From positions 1,136 to 65,135 of the forward strand of contig JANWJV010000001.1 in NCBI GenBank assembly GCA_025451785.1: a stretch of 64,000 nt of DNA, written 5' to 3'. This document shows positions 11,072-19,800 of this stretch, in pieces. Source of the DNA: Bacteroidia bacterium. Its GTDB lineage: Bacteria > Bacteroidota > Bacteroidia > JANWJV01. The stretch's first letter is position 1; each line of letters opens with the position of its first letter. A program made the position numbers and the translations under genes. The notes under the pieces were generated by a model. It was not told the DNA's origin, did no database searches, and saw only the letters and a list, made by a program, of their open reading frames with translations.

Positions 11072-11404
11072 CTAGTTTTGTTCAGGCTCTATGGAAGGCT
11101 TGCGGTAATAAATCTTGTTTTCGAGGTACTCCTGCACAGCGATGAGCGTGGGCTTGGGAAGACGCTCATAGAACTTAGAGATCTCGATCTGCTCCCTGTT
11201 CTCGAAGATCTCTTCGAGATTATCAGTATGCGAAGCGAACTCAGCGAGCTTGTTGGTAAGCTCCTCTTTGATCTCTACGCTGATCTGGTTTGCCCTCTTG
11301 GAGATGATGGCCAGGGTCTCGTAAATATTACCTGTTTTGTTCTCGAGGTCGCGGAGGTCACGTGTAGTGGTGGTGGTCTCTGCATTCGTCTTTTTGTAGT
11401 CCAT
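11072..11404 (-). CDS. rpoZ: RNA polymerase omega subunit (Bacteroidota type)
   Basis: TGNIYE...ISKRANQI, LEEIFENREQIEISKFYERLPKP. Lies between bamD and coaBC. Confidence 0.9.
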   Translation of the reverse strand: MDYKKTNAETTTTTRDLRDLENKTGNIYETLAIISKRANQISVEIKEELTNKLAEFASHTDNLEEIFENREQIEISKFYERLPKPTLIAVQEYLENKIYYRKPSIEPEQN

Positions 11405-11409
11405 GTCTC

Positions 11410-12228
11410 CTATAGTTGAGGTTTGCTGATCTTTTCTTTTAATTTTTTAGAGCTGTCGTAAATTGTTTCAGCTTCTTTAAGGTATTCGCTTTTTGGAAAA
11501 TTGTCTACAAATTTAATATAAGTTTCGATAGCCAGGTCAAGCCTTTCCGCTTTTTTTGTCTCTATACTGTTTTTCGCCAGCAGGTAATACGATTTTATAG
11601 TGAGAAAGCTCATCTCTTCGGAGTATTTGGTGCCCGGAAAATCCTTAATTACATTGGTAAAAGCCACCACTGAGGCTTTATAATCTCCCACGTAATAATA
11701 CTGTTTGGCGATCTCATACGATTTGCGCTCCAGCTTTGCCCTCAGTTTATCAAGGATATCGTTGCATTCGGGGATCCTCGAGCTGTTAGGGTACTGATTA
11801 ACGAATATCTGCAGTTCTTTAACAGCCGCCCGCGTATCCTCCTGGTCGAGGCTGTAAGAGGAAGAGCTCAGGTAATAGCAATAGGCGTTCATATAGGCAC
11901 ACTCTTCGGCACGCGTGCTGGTGGGAAATGTGCGGGCGAAGTTCTTGAAGTGGTAGCCGGCAAGTACGTAGTCGCCCATCTCGAAATTGGCATAGGCGTA
12001 ATAAAACAAGATGTTTTCTGCTTTATCGGTGCCCCGGTACAGAGGTATGAGCTCTTCAAGCAGGGTAACGGTACGTACATAGTCCCCTTTTTCGTAGTAT
12101 TTAATGGCCATGGTATATTTCTTCTCCAGGTCGGTGCTCTTAAGCAACTTGTTGTATTCGCTGCAGGATCCCAACAGGATAAGCAGACAAATGGAGGCTA
12201 AAAAGGCGTAAAAAGAGGGTTTTTTCAT
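11410..12228 (-). CDS. bamD: Outer membrane protein assembly factor BamD (lipoprotein)
   Basis: Start moved to MKKPSFY (12228). Lipobox LGSC, SEYNKLLKS, TPR pattern, SLDQEDT, YPNS. Confidence 0.92.
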   Translation of the reverse strand: MKKPSFYAFLASICLLILLGSCSEYNKLLKSTDLEKKYTMAIKYYEKGDYVRTVTLLEELIPLYRGTDKAENILFYYAYANFEMGDYVLAGYHFKNFARTFPTSTRAEECAYMNAYCYYLSSSSYSLDQEDTRAAVKELQIFVNQYPNSSRIPECNDILDKLRAKLERKSYEIAKQYYYVGDYKASVVAFTNVIKDFPGTKYSEEMSFLTIKSYYLLAKNSIETKKAERLDLAIETYIKFVDNFPKSEYLKEAETIYDSSKKLKEKISKPQL

Positions 12229-12239
12229 ACCGAAGGCCG

Positions 12240-12247
12240 CAAAGATA
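12240..12247 (-). promoter_or_regulatory. -7 promoter element for the bamD operon
   Basis: TATCTTTG on the minus strand, 11 bp upstream of the ATG at 12228. Supports the shorter start. Confidence 0.7.
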
Positions 12248-12397
12248 CGTATATTTAAATGGTTTATTTTACAGGTATGACGGTTAAATACCCCGAAAAG
12301 ACACAAAAAATAAATTATTCACAGGCTGTTAATATCTAAATTGCACAAAACGCTCAAATTTCCTAAATTTGCCCATTATTTTTACAAAACGCTGAAA

Positions 12398-13642
12398 ATG
12401 AAGGACCTTTTTGACAAGATAAAAGCCAACCGCGGGCCCATCGGCCAGCATGCCAAAGAGTCGCACGGTTACTTTACCTTTCCTAAGCTGGAAGGCGATA
12501 TTGGCCCCCACATGGTTTTTCGCGGAAAAAAACGCCTTAACTGGAGCCTCAATAATTACCTGGGTCTTGCTGACCATCCCGAAGTGCGTAAGGCCGATGC
12601 GGATGGCGCCAAGGAATTTGGACTGGCATTGCCCATGGGTGCCCGCATGATGAGTGGCAACTCAAACAATCACGAGAAACTGGAGGCCGAGCTTTCTGCT
12701 TATGTTGAGAAACAAGATACCATTCTTTGCAATTACGGTTACCAGGCCATGGTTTCGGCCATCGATTGTTTGGTTGACCGACACGATGTGATCGTTTATG
12801 ATGGAGAGTCGCATGCCTGTATCCTTGACGGGGTGCGCCTGCACATGGGCAAACGTTATGTGTATAAGCACAATGATATTGCTGATTGCGAAAAGCAATT
12901 GCAGCGTGCCGCCAAGCTCATCGAAGGCACTAACGGCTCTATCCTGGTGATCACCGAAGGTGTTTTCGGGATGCGCGGAGATCAGGGAAGGCTGAAGGAG
13001 ATCGTTGCGCTCAAGAAAAAATATTCGTTCCGCCTGTTTGTTGATGATGCTCACGGCATAGGAACAATGGGCAAAAAAGGCGGCGGCACAGGCCAGGAGC
13101 AAGGCTGCCAGGACGGCATCGATATTTACTTCGGCACTTTTGCTAAATCATTTGCGCTCATAGGAGGTTTTATTTCGAGTGAAGAGCAGATCGTGGAATA
13201 CCTCCGTTACAATATGCGCTCACAGATATTCGCCAAATCGCTTCCCATGCCGCTGGTTGTTGGAGCGCTCAAGCGCCTTGAGCTTATGCGTAATCACCCT
13301 GAACTTCGTGAGAAACTTTGGGACATTACCCGCGCCCTTCAGAGCGGACTCAAAAAAGCGGGTTTCGACATTGGTGTGACCGATTCACCGGTAACACCCG
13401 TGTATATGAATGGCTCCATTCCCGAGGCCACCAATCTTATCTTCGACCTTAGGGAGAACTTCAATATCTTCTGCTCGATGGTGGTGTATCCCGTAGTGCC
13501 CAAGGGAATGATCATCCTGCGCCTCATCCCTACCGCGGTGCATACGCTGGAGGATGTGAACTATACGATCGAGGCGTTCTCTAAGATCGTAGGAAAACTT
13601 AAATCAGGACAATACATGGCCGATAAGATCGCCGCGACTTAA
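12398..13642 (+). CDS. sulA: PLP-dependent alpha-oxoamine synthase (aminotransferase class I/II fold), probable cysteate acyl-ACP transferase of sulfonolipid/capnine synthesis (SulA/CapB; unrelated to the SOS division inhibitor SulA)
   Basis: NNYLGL, HACI.DG, EGVFGM.G, DDAHG, PLP-lysine TFAKS. N-terminal HGYFTFPKLEGDIGPHMVFRGK, PMGARMMSG and RSQIFAKSLP resemble the Alistipes/Flavobacterium enzyme as I recall it. TAAATTTG -7 box at 12364-12371 supports the start at 12398. Confidence 0.8.
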   Translation: MKDLFDKIKANRGPIGQHAKESHGYFTFPKLEGDIGPHMVFRGKKRLNWSLNNYLGLADHPEVRKADADGAKEFGLALPMGARMMSGNSNNHEKLEAELSAYVEKQDTILCNYGYQAMVSAIDCLVDRHDVIVYDGESHACILDGVRLHMGKRYVYKHNDIADCEKQLQRAAKLIEGTNGSILVITEGVFGMRGDQGRLKEIVALKKKYSFRLFVDDAHGIGTMGKKGGGTGQEQGCQDGIDIYFGTFAKSFALIGGFISSEEQIVEYLRYNMRSQIFAKSLPMPLVVGALKRLELMRNHPELREKLWDITRALQSGLKKAGFDIGVTDSPVTPVYMNGSIPEATNLIFDLRENFNIFCSMVVYPVVPKGMIILRLIPTAVHTLEDVNYTIEAFSKIVGKLKSGQYMADKIAAT

Positions 13643-13683
13643 AATAAATAGAAATAACAAATAATAACCAAAAACAAGTAAAC

Positions 13684-13857
13684 ATGAAACAGTACGAAGA
13701 CATGAAGAACCTGGTAGCAGCCATGGAAGCCGATGTGATTAAATTCAACAATGGCAATGCAGCTGCAGGTACGAGGGTTAGGAAAGCCCTCCAGGAAATA
13801 AAAAGGGCTGCTCAAGCCATGAGGGTGGAGATCCAGAAAGTTAAGAAGTCTGACTAG
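13684..13857 (+). CDS. Histone H1-like (Hc1 family) small basic protein, 57 aa
   Basis: Not in the ORF track. Own translation: MKQYEDMKNLVAAMEADVIKFNNGNAAAGTRVRKALQEIKRAAQAMRVEIQKVKKSD. Has the GN.AAGTR.RK motif, an A-rich leader and a downstream terminator. Confidence 0.88.
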   Translation: MKQYEDMKNLVAAMEADVIKFNNGNAAAGTRVRKALQEIKRAAQAMRVEIQKVKKSD

Positions 13858-13882
13858 TAGCAAACTCATGTGATCCATACCG

Positions 13883-13917
13883 AAAGTCCCGCCTGTGCTC
13901 TGCATGGGCGGGATTTT
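13883..13917 (+). terminator. Intrinsic terminator after the sulA-Hc1 genes
   Basis: AAAGTCCCGCCTGTGC-tct-GCATGGGCGGGATTTT hairpin with G-U pairs, followed by T-rich sequence. Confidence 0.75.
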
Positions 13918-13933
13918 CTATTTTTACATTCCA

Positions 13934-15892
13934 TTGAAAAAGCATCTTCTAATTTCCTTCCTCCTTTTGCTGTGTATCTGCGGCCCTGTACGGGCTACGG
14001 TTGATCCACTCTTTCAGCATCGTATGGATTCCCTTAAGAAGCTTCTTCCTGGTATGCAGGAGGATACGGTTCTTATTTATGTGCTTAACGAGCTTGGAAG
14101 GGAGTTGGTAGTACCGATGCCTGAGGAGGCCATCGAGTACGCGCGGAAGGCGCTTGCCCTGTCTACTGAGATGGAGCACATCCGGGGGATCGCAAGGGCT
14201 GAAAATATAATTGGCTGTTATTACGATGACAAGAACAATTACGCGGAGGCGCTTACACATTACTTCAAAAGCCTTGATGCCTGTGAGAAGAGCGGATGGA
14301 AGTTCATGGAGGCGAATACCCTTAACTATATAGGCATCGTTTACCTTGTAAGGGAAAATCATAAGGATGCGCGTAAGTTCCTTGAAAGAGCGAGGGATAT
14401 CGCGGAGGAAAGAAAGGACAAGTCACGCCTTGCCAGTATCCTTAACAACCTGGGGGTGGTGTATAAGGACCTTGGCGAGCTTGACAAGGCCATGGAATGT
14501 TATAAGAGGCAGCTCCAGGTGTTCGAAGAGCTTGGCCACAAGAAAGGCATTGGCTCGGTGTACATCAATATGGGTGTGGTGCACGACAAAAAAGGCGAGA
14601 ACGAGATCGCGATCGATTATAATTTTAAGGCCCTGGAAGTATTCCATGAGATCAACGATAATCTTGGGCTGGGCATTGCCTACATGAACGTTGCTGATAG
14701 TTATTGGAAGCACAAAGAGCCCGCCTTGTCGATCAAGTACATGCAACTGGGGGAAAAATACCTCATCGCCGCCGGCGACAGGAACTATATACAGGAAGCG
14801 TATAAAACATTCGCGCGAGGTTACCAGGGGATCGGCGACTATCGGCAGGCCTACGACTACCAGGTGCGTTACGATTCGTTAAAGGATATCATTTTCGGTG
14901 AAGAGAGCAACCGGCAGATCAACGAGCTGGAGACAAAATATGCTACCTCTGAAAAGGAAAAGCAGATAGAGCTGCAGAAGGAGCAGTTGGAGAAGAACCG
15001 CATCGTTACCTATGCCGCCATCATTGGCTCTGTGCTGATCCTTGGTTTACTTCTTGTTATTTTCAACCGTTACAAGCTAAAGCAGCGGGCTAATTCTCTG
15101 CTGGAGGCGCAGAACAAGATCATCGCCGAAAAACAGAAAGATATTACGGACAGTATCAATTATGCCAAGCGCATACAGGACGCCATATTGCCTGCCAAAG
15201 AGATCAAGTACCAGCTATTCCCCGATGCCTTTGTTATGCTCAAGCCGCGCGACAATGTGAGTGGTGATTTTTACTGGTTTGGCGAGCAAGAGGGCAAGCG
15301 GATCATCGCGGCTGTTGATTGTACGGGCCACGGGGTTCCGGGGGCTTTCATGAGCCTTATCGGCAACACGTTCCTCAACGAGATCGTGCACGAGTGTAAC
15401 ATTACTGTTCCTTCGGAGATACTCAGCGAGTTGAGGAACAGGATCATTAAATCACTGAAGCAAACATCATCTCTTGACGCCACCCGCGATGGAATGGATA
15501 TTGCCTTGCTTTGTTTCGATGACGCGAACCAGGTGGTGGAATACGCCGGCGCCAACAACCCGCTCTGGATCATCAGGAATGGTGAGATCATAGAGTTCCA
15601 GGCCGATAAAAGACCGATAGGATATTTCCAGGGCAAAGGACTCCCGTTCACCAATAATAAAACCACTTATCAGAAAGGCGACGCACTGTATGTTTTCACT
15701 GATGGCTATGCCGACCAATTTGGAGGCCCCGAAGGAAAGAAGTTCATGCGCAAACGGTTAAAGGAACTGCTGTTGATGATCCAGGACAAGAACATGGAAC
15801 AGCAGGAACGTTTCCTTGAAAAGACCTTCAATGACTGGAAAGGAGAGAAAGAGCAGGTGGACGATGTGCTCGTGATAGGCATCAGGGCCTAG
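13934..15892 (+). CDS. TPR sensor-transmembrane-SpoIIE/RsbU (PP2C) phosphatase
   Basis: Probable TTG start (MKKHLLISF... signal peptide), ~6 TPRs, one TM helix, coiled coil, ITDSINYAKRIQ, VSGDFYW, DCTGHGVPG, DGMD, TDGYADQFGG, QVDD. Confidence 0.9.
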   Translation: MKKHLLISFLLLLCICGPVRATVDPLFQHRMDSLKKLLPGMQEDTVLIYVLNELGRELVVPMPEEAIEYARKALALSTEMEHIRGIARAENIIGCYYDDKNNYAEALTHYFKSLDACEKSGWKFMEANTLNYIGIVYLVRENHKDARKFLERARDIAEERKDKSRLASILNNLGVVYKDLGELDKAMECYKRQLQVFEELGHKKGIGSVYINMGVVHDKKGENEIAIDYNFKALEVFHEINDNLGLGIAYMNVADSYWKHKEPALSIKYMQLGEKYLIAAGDRNYIQEAYKTFARGYQGIGDYRQAYDYQVRYDSLKDIIFGEESNRQINELETKYATSEKEKQIELQKEQLEKNRIVTYAAIIGSVLILGLLLVIFNRYKLKQRANSLLEAQNKIIAEKQKDITDSINYAKRIQDAILPAKEIKYQLFPDAFVMLKPRDNVSGDFYWFGEQEGKRIIAAVDCTGHGVPGAFMSLIGNTFLNEIVHECNITVPSEILSELRNRIIKSLKQTSSLDATRDGMDIALLCFDDANQVVEYAGANNPLWIIRNGEIIEFQADKRPIGYFQGKGLPFTNNKTTYQKGDALYVFTDGYADQFGGPEGKKFMRKRLKELLLMIQDKNMEQQERFLEKTFNDWKGEKEQVDDVLVIGIRA

Positions 15893-16832
15893 TTAGCTCC
15901 GTGAAGCGCATCAGCTGATCTTTGCTGAAGGTCCACTCGGGCGTTTCCAGGTCACCGGTAAATTTCGTTTTGTACCAGGGGCTTAGTGCCGCGTCGCCGG
16001 GATTTCTGAGCAGGTGTATCTCTTGCGCGGGCATATAGCTTTGCTGAATGAGGAAGAGCTTCTCCCCTGTCCTATCGTTCTCCGCCATGTCAACAACGAG
16101 AACCGCATGTCCCGGAGATCCTCCGAGGATGAATACGTCTCCTGGCTGCATTTCATCAACGCTTACTTTCTTTAATTCCTTGCTGAGCGAAAGTGTACCT
16201 GCATAGGTAAAAACGATATCGAGGTATTGCCGGAAACAGGTATAGCTCTCGTCTTTGCCGGCTTTCTTTACCCAGCTTACTTTATTCCCTTTGATCACAG
16301 GCCGGTATCCATCGGTCCATTTGGTATAAGGCGCATCGTCGCCGCTGGTGAAACGGAAATGGATGTCATCGTAACGTTTTACCGAATAAAGATATTCGGC
16401 CCGCATGCGCATCACCGCGTCAGCGCATTGCTGCAGGTCGGTTTTGCCAGGATCGATGTCAACGATCGCGGCATGAGCATCCTGGTTGCCTTTTAGTTTA
16501 CCATTGTACAGGTGAACGTCAGGTTTGCCCTTGAGCAGCGGAAGGAAGCGCAGCCATTCGCCAAATGAGCCTTGCTTTACTAGCACTCGTTTGAATCCGG
16601 CGGGAACACCAATGCGGCTATGAAGGCTTTGGCTGCCATCATAGGCCTTGGTCCATGAATAGGCCAAATGCGCTGGCGCTCTTACCGAGGTGTCGGGCGG
16701 CAGTACAGCAGATCCCACTGGTTCATCGGCTTTGCTGGGGCCGCAGGAAGTTAATGCACCCATCAGTAAAGCAGTAAAAGCAAAGAGATGAAAAGAGAAA
16801 GTGAGCTTACTTGCTCTTGGTCTCCGCCTCAA
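15882..16832 (-). CDS. DUF4846-family lipoprotein with Cys/His motifs (papain/NlpC-P60-like, inferred)
   Basis: Lipobox LTSC, DLQQCADAVMR.RAEY, YAGTLSL, PGDVFI.GGSPGHAVLVVD, QSYMPAQEIH, TPEW. Start uncertain (TTG 16832 or ATG 16856); both overlap the upstream gene. Confidence 0.78.
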   Translation of the reverse strand: MRRRPRASKLTFSFHLFAFTALLMGALTSCGPSKADEPVGSAVLPPDTSVRAPAHLAYSWTKAYDGSQSLHSRIGVPAGFKRVLVKQGSFGEWLRFLPLLKGKPDVHLYNGKLKGNQDAHAAIVDIDPGKTDLQQCADAVMRMRAEYLYSVKRYDDIHFRFTSGDDAPYTKWTDGYRPVIKGNKVSWVKKAGKDESYTCFRQYLDIVFTYAGTLSLSKELKKVSVDEMQPGDVFILGGSPGHAVLVVDMAENDRTGEKLFLIQQSYMPAQEIHLLRNPGDAALSPWYKTKFTGDLETPEWTFSKDQLMRFTELTRP

Positions 16833-19800
16833 AAGTGTAATCGGAGATGCTGACATCGTTCTTGAAATAATAGGTTCCGCCCCAGTTCCAGATCTTCTTG
16901 GTGTAAACATTGGCTTCGTTGTCTTTCACCACAATACGCCTTATCACCTTGCAGTTGGGCTCGTCCTGTGTTTCTTCAGTAACACCAGGGCCGTACTTCG
17001 CGAGAAGCGCGTTCATGAAAGCCTTTTTGCGCTCGTCTTCCGCCTTGCCGTCGGCAACAGTGGTTGCACTTCCAACTTTCTTAAGAAGTTCGTCTATCTC
17101 CTTGATCCGGTCCTTGGGGTATTTTTCGGAGGGCTTAATGGTGAGCGCATCAGAATAAGCTACCCTCGCCACCCTGTACTCCTTGTCGGCGAATAGTTTA
17201 TCAGCCTTTTCAATGGCTTCCTGGAACTTCTTGTCGTTCTCTGCTCCCCTCGCTTGCGCGTCAAGGATCTTATCGATCTCGGCGATCTTAGCCTTGGGAT
17301 ATTTTTCGTTGGGCTTAAAGTTGAGCGCTTCAGTATAAGCTGATTTCGCGCCGGCGTAATCCTTGATGCCAAAAGCCTTGTCGGCACGCGCCATGGCGTC
17401 GTTGTATTTCTGATCGGCCTCATGATCTTTGGCGTACCTGTCGAGGATCCCGTCGATCTCCTTCATCCTGTCCTTCGGATACTGTTCGTTGGGCTTATAG
17501 CTCGATGCCTCTGAATACAAAGGCCTGGCGCCTTCATAATCCTTTGCCGTAAACGCTTTGTCGGCCCTGGCAATGGCATCATTGTATTTCGCCTGCAGCT
17601 CCTTGTCCTTGGCCATATCCCCTACCAGTTTGTCGATCTCTGCGATCTTATCCTTGGGATATTTTTCATCGGGTTTAACACCAAGTGCTTCAGTGTATGT
17701 GTTCCTTGCTTTCGGGTAATCTTTCAGCGTAAAGGCCTGGTCGGCACGCGCAATGATCTCGTTGTACTTCTTCATGAGCTCATTGTTCTTCGCCATGTCC
17801 GCCAGCAGTTTCTCTATTTCCTTGAGTCTGTCCTTAGGATATTTCTCGGCAGGCTTCAGTCCTGATGCTTCGCTGTAACCGCCTTTTGCGGAAGTGTAGT
17901 CTTTCGCGTCAAAGGCCTTGTCGGCTTTTGCGATGGCGGCTTTGTAAGCGTTCTCCAGTTCTTTGCCTTTGTTCAAAGCAGCAAGAAGTTTGTCCACTTC
18001 CGCCAGTTTATCCTTCGGATATTTCTCAGCGGGCTTCAGGCCCAGCGCGTCGGTATAAGCTGTTTTGGCCGATACATAATCCTGTGTACCGAAGGCAGCA
18101 TCTCCTCTTGCAATGGCTGCATTGTATTTGTCGTTGAGCTCTTTCTCTTTGGCAAGACGGTCTTTTTCGGCCATCAGCTTCTCTATCTCCGCAAGTTTGT
18201 CCTTGGGATATTTTTCAGAGGGCTTATAACCCAGCGCTTCGTTGTAAGCAGCTTTTGCGGAAGTGTAATCTTGCGATCCGAAGCCCTTATCTCCTTTCGC
18301 GATGGCGTTCTGGTATTTTTGCTCCAGGTCTTTTGTCTTGGCAAGTTCAGCCAGCAGTCGGTCGATCTCGGCAAGTTTGTCCTTAGGGTATTTTTCGGCG
18401 GGCTTAATGCTTGCCGCTTCCGTATAACCGGCCTTTGCCATATTGTATTCCTTAGAAGCAAAAGTGGCATCGGCTTTCGCGATGGCATTCTTATAGCGTT
18501 CCTCCAGGTCCTTGTTCTTGGCAATGTCGGCAAGTATCTTGTCTATCTCGTAGATCTTGTTCTTGGGATATACTTCAGCAGGTTTTACTCCCAGCGCATC
18601 GTTGTAAGCCGTCTTGGCGTTCTCGTAATCTTTCGCGCCAAATGCCTTGTCGCCGCGGGCGATGGCGTCGTTATATTTTTGCTCTGCCTCTTTGCCTTTG
18701 GCAAGCTCAGCCAGCAGCCTGTCGCATTCAGCAATGCGGTCGGCGGGATATTTCTCTTCGGGCTTAATGCCTTGCGCCTCGGTATAAGAACCTTTGGCGC
18801 CATTGTAATCTTTCGCCTTGAAAGCAGCGTCGGCTTTGGTGATGGCAGCGAGGTAGTTCTTCTCCCTTTCTTTTCCTTTTGCCATATCACCAAGTATCTT
18901 GTCGATCTCAGCAAGTTTGTCCTTGGGATATTGTTCTCCCGGTTTCACCGCAAGCGCTTCGTTATACCCGATCTTGGCTGTGCCGTAGTCCTTCGCTGCA
19001 AAGCCTTTGTCGCCTTTGGCGATAGCGGCATTGTATCTATCCTCGAGCTGTTTGTTCTTTGCCGCGTCGGTTAAAATGCGGTCGATCTCCGCTAACTTGT
19101 CTTTGGGATATTTTTCAGCAGGCTTGAAACCGAGCGCCGCATTATAGCTTGTTTTCGCAGCAGAATAATCAGCAGCGGTGAAAGCCGCATCGGCTTTGGC
19201 AATGGCGGCGTTATATTTTTCGTTCAGCTCCTTGTCTTTGGCGTTCTTCGCCTGTTCGGCCAATAAACGGTCGATCTCAGCGATCTTATCCTTGGGATAT
19301 TTTTCGGCCGACTTGTAACCCAGCGCTTCGTTATAAGCCGCTTTGGCGGTAGTATAATCCTGCGCGCCAAAACCCTTGTCGCCCTTCTCTATCGCCTGTT
19401 TGTATTTTTCTTCCAGGTCTTTTGTTTTGGCCATGTCCGCCAGCAGCTTATCTATCTCCGCTATCTTTTGTTTGGGATAGGCTTCGGCAGGCTTAATACC
19501 CAATGCCTCATTGTAAGAACCTTTGGCGCCCTGGTAATCTTTACCAGCGAAAGCCTGGTCAGCCTTCGCGATGGCAGCGTTGTACTTTTCGTCAAGCTCT
19601 TTCTTCTTTGCCAGGTCACCCATCAGGCGGTCACACTCGGCTATCCTGTCGCGGGGATACTTCTCTTCAGGTTTGAATCCCATCGCCTCGGTGTAAAAGG
19701 TCTTGGCGGCAAGGTATTCTTTGGCCTTAAATGAATTGTCGGCCTTAACAATAGCCTCTTTGTATTTTACATCTGCCTCCTTCGCCTTCGCGATATCTCC

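Noticed and set aside
12229..12397. Longer ORF-track starts for bamD (12306) and the PLP enzyme (12341), and similarly 13895, 21429, 22842, 44895 and 52037
   Set aside because: The extensions run through promoter boxes, terminators or AT-rich intergenic DNA. The downstream starts give proper signal peptides or family N-termini.
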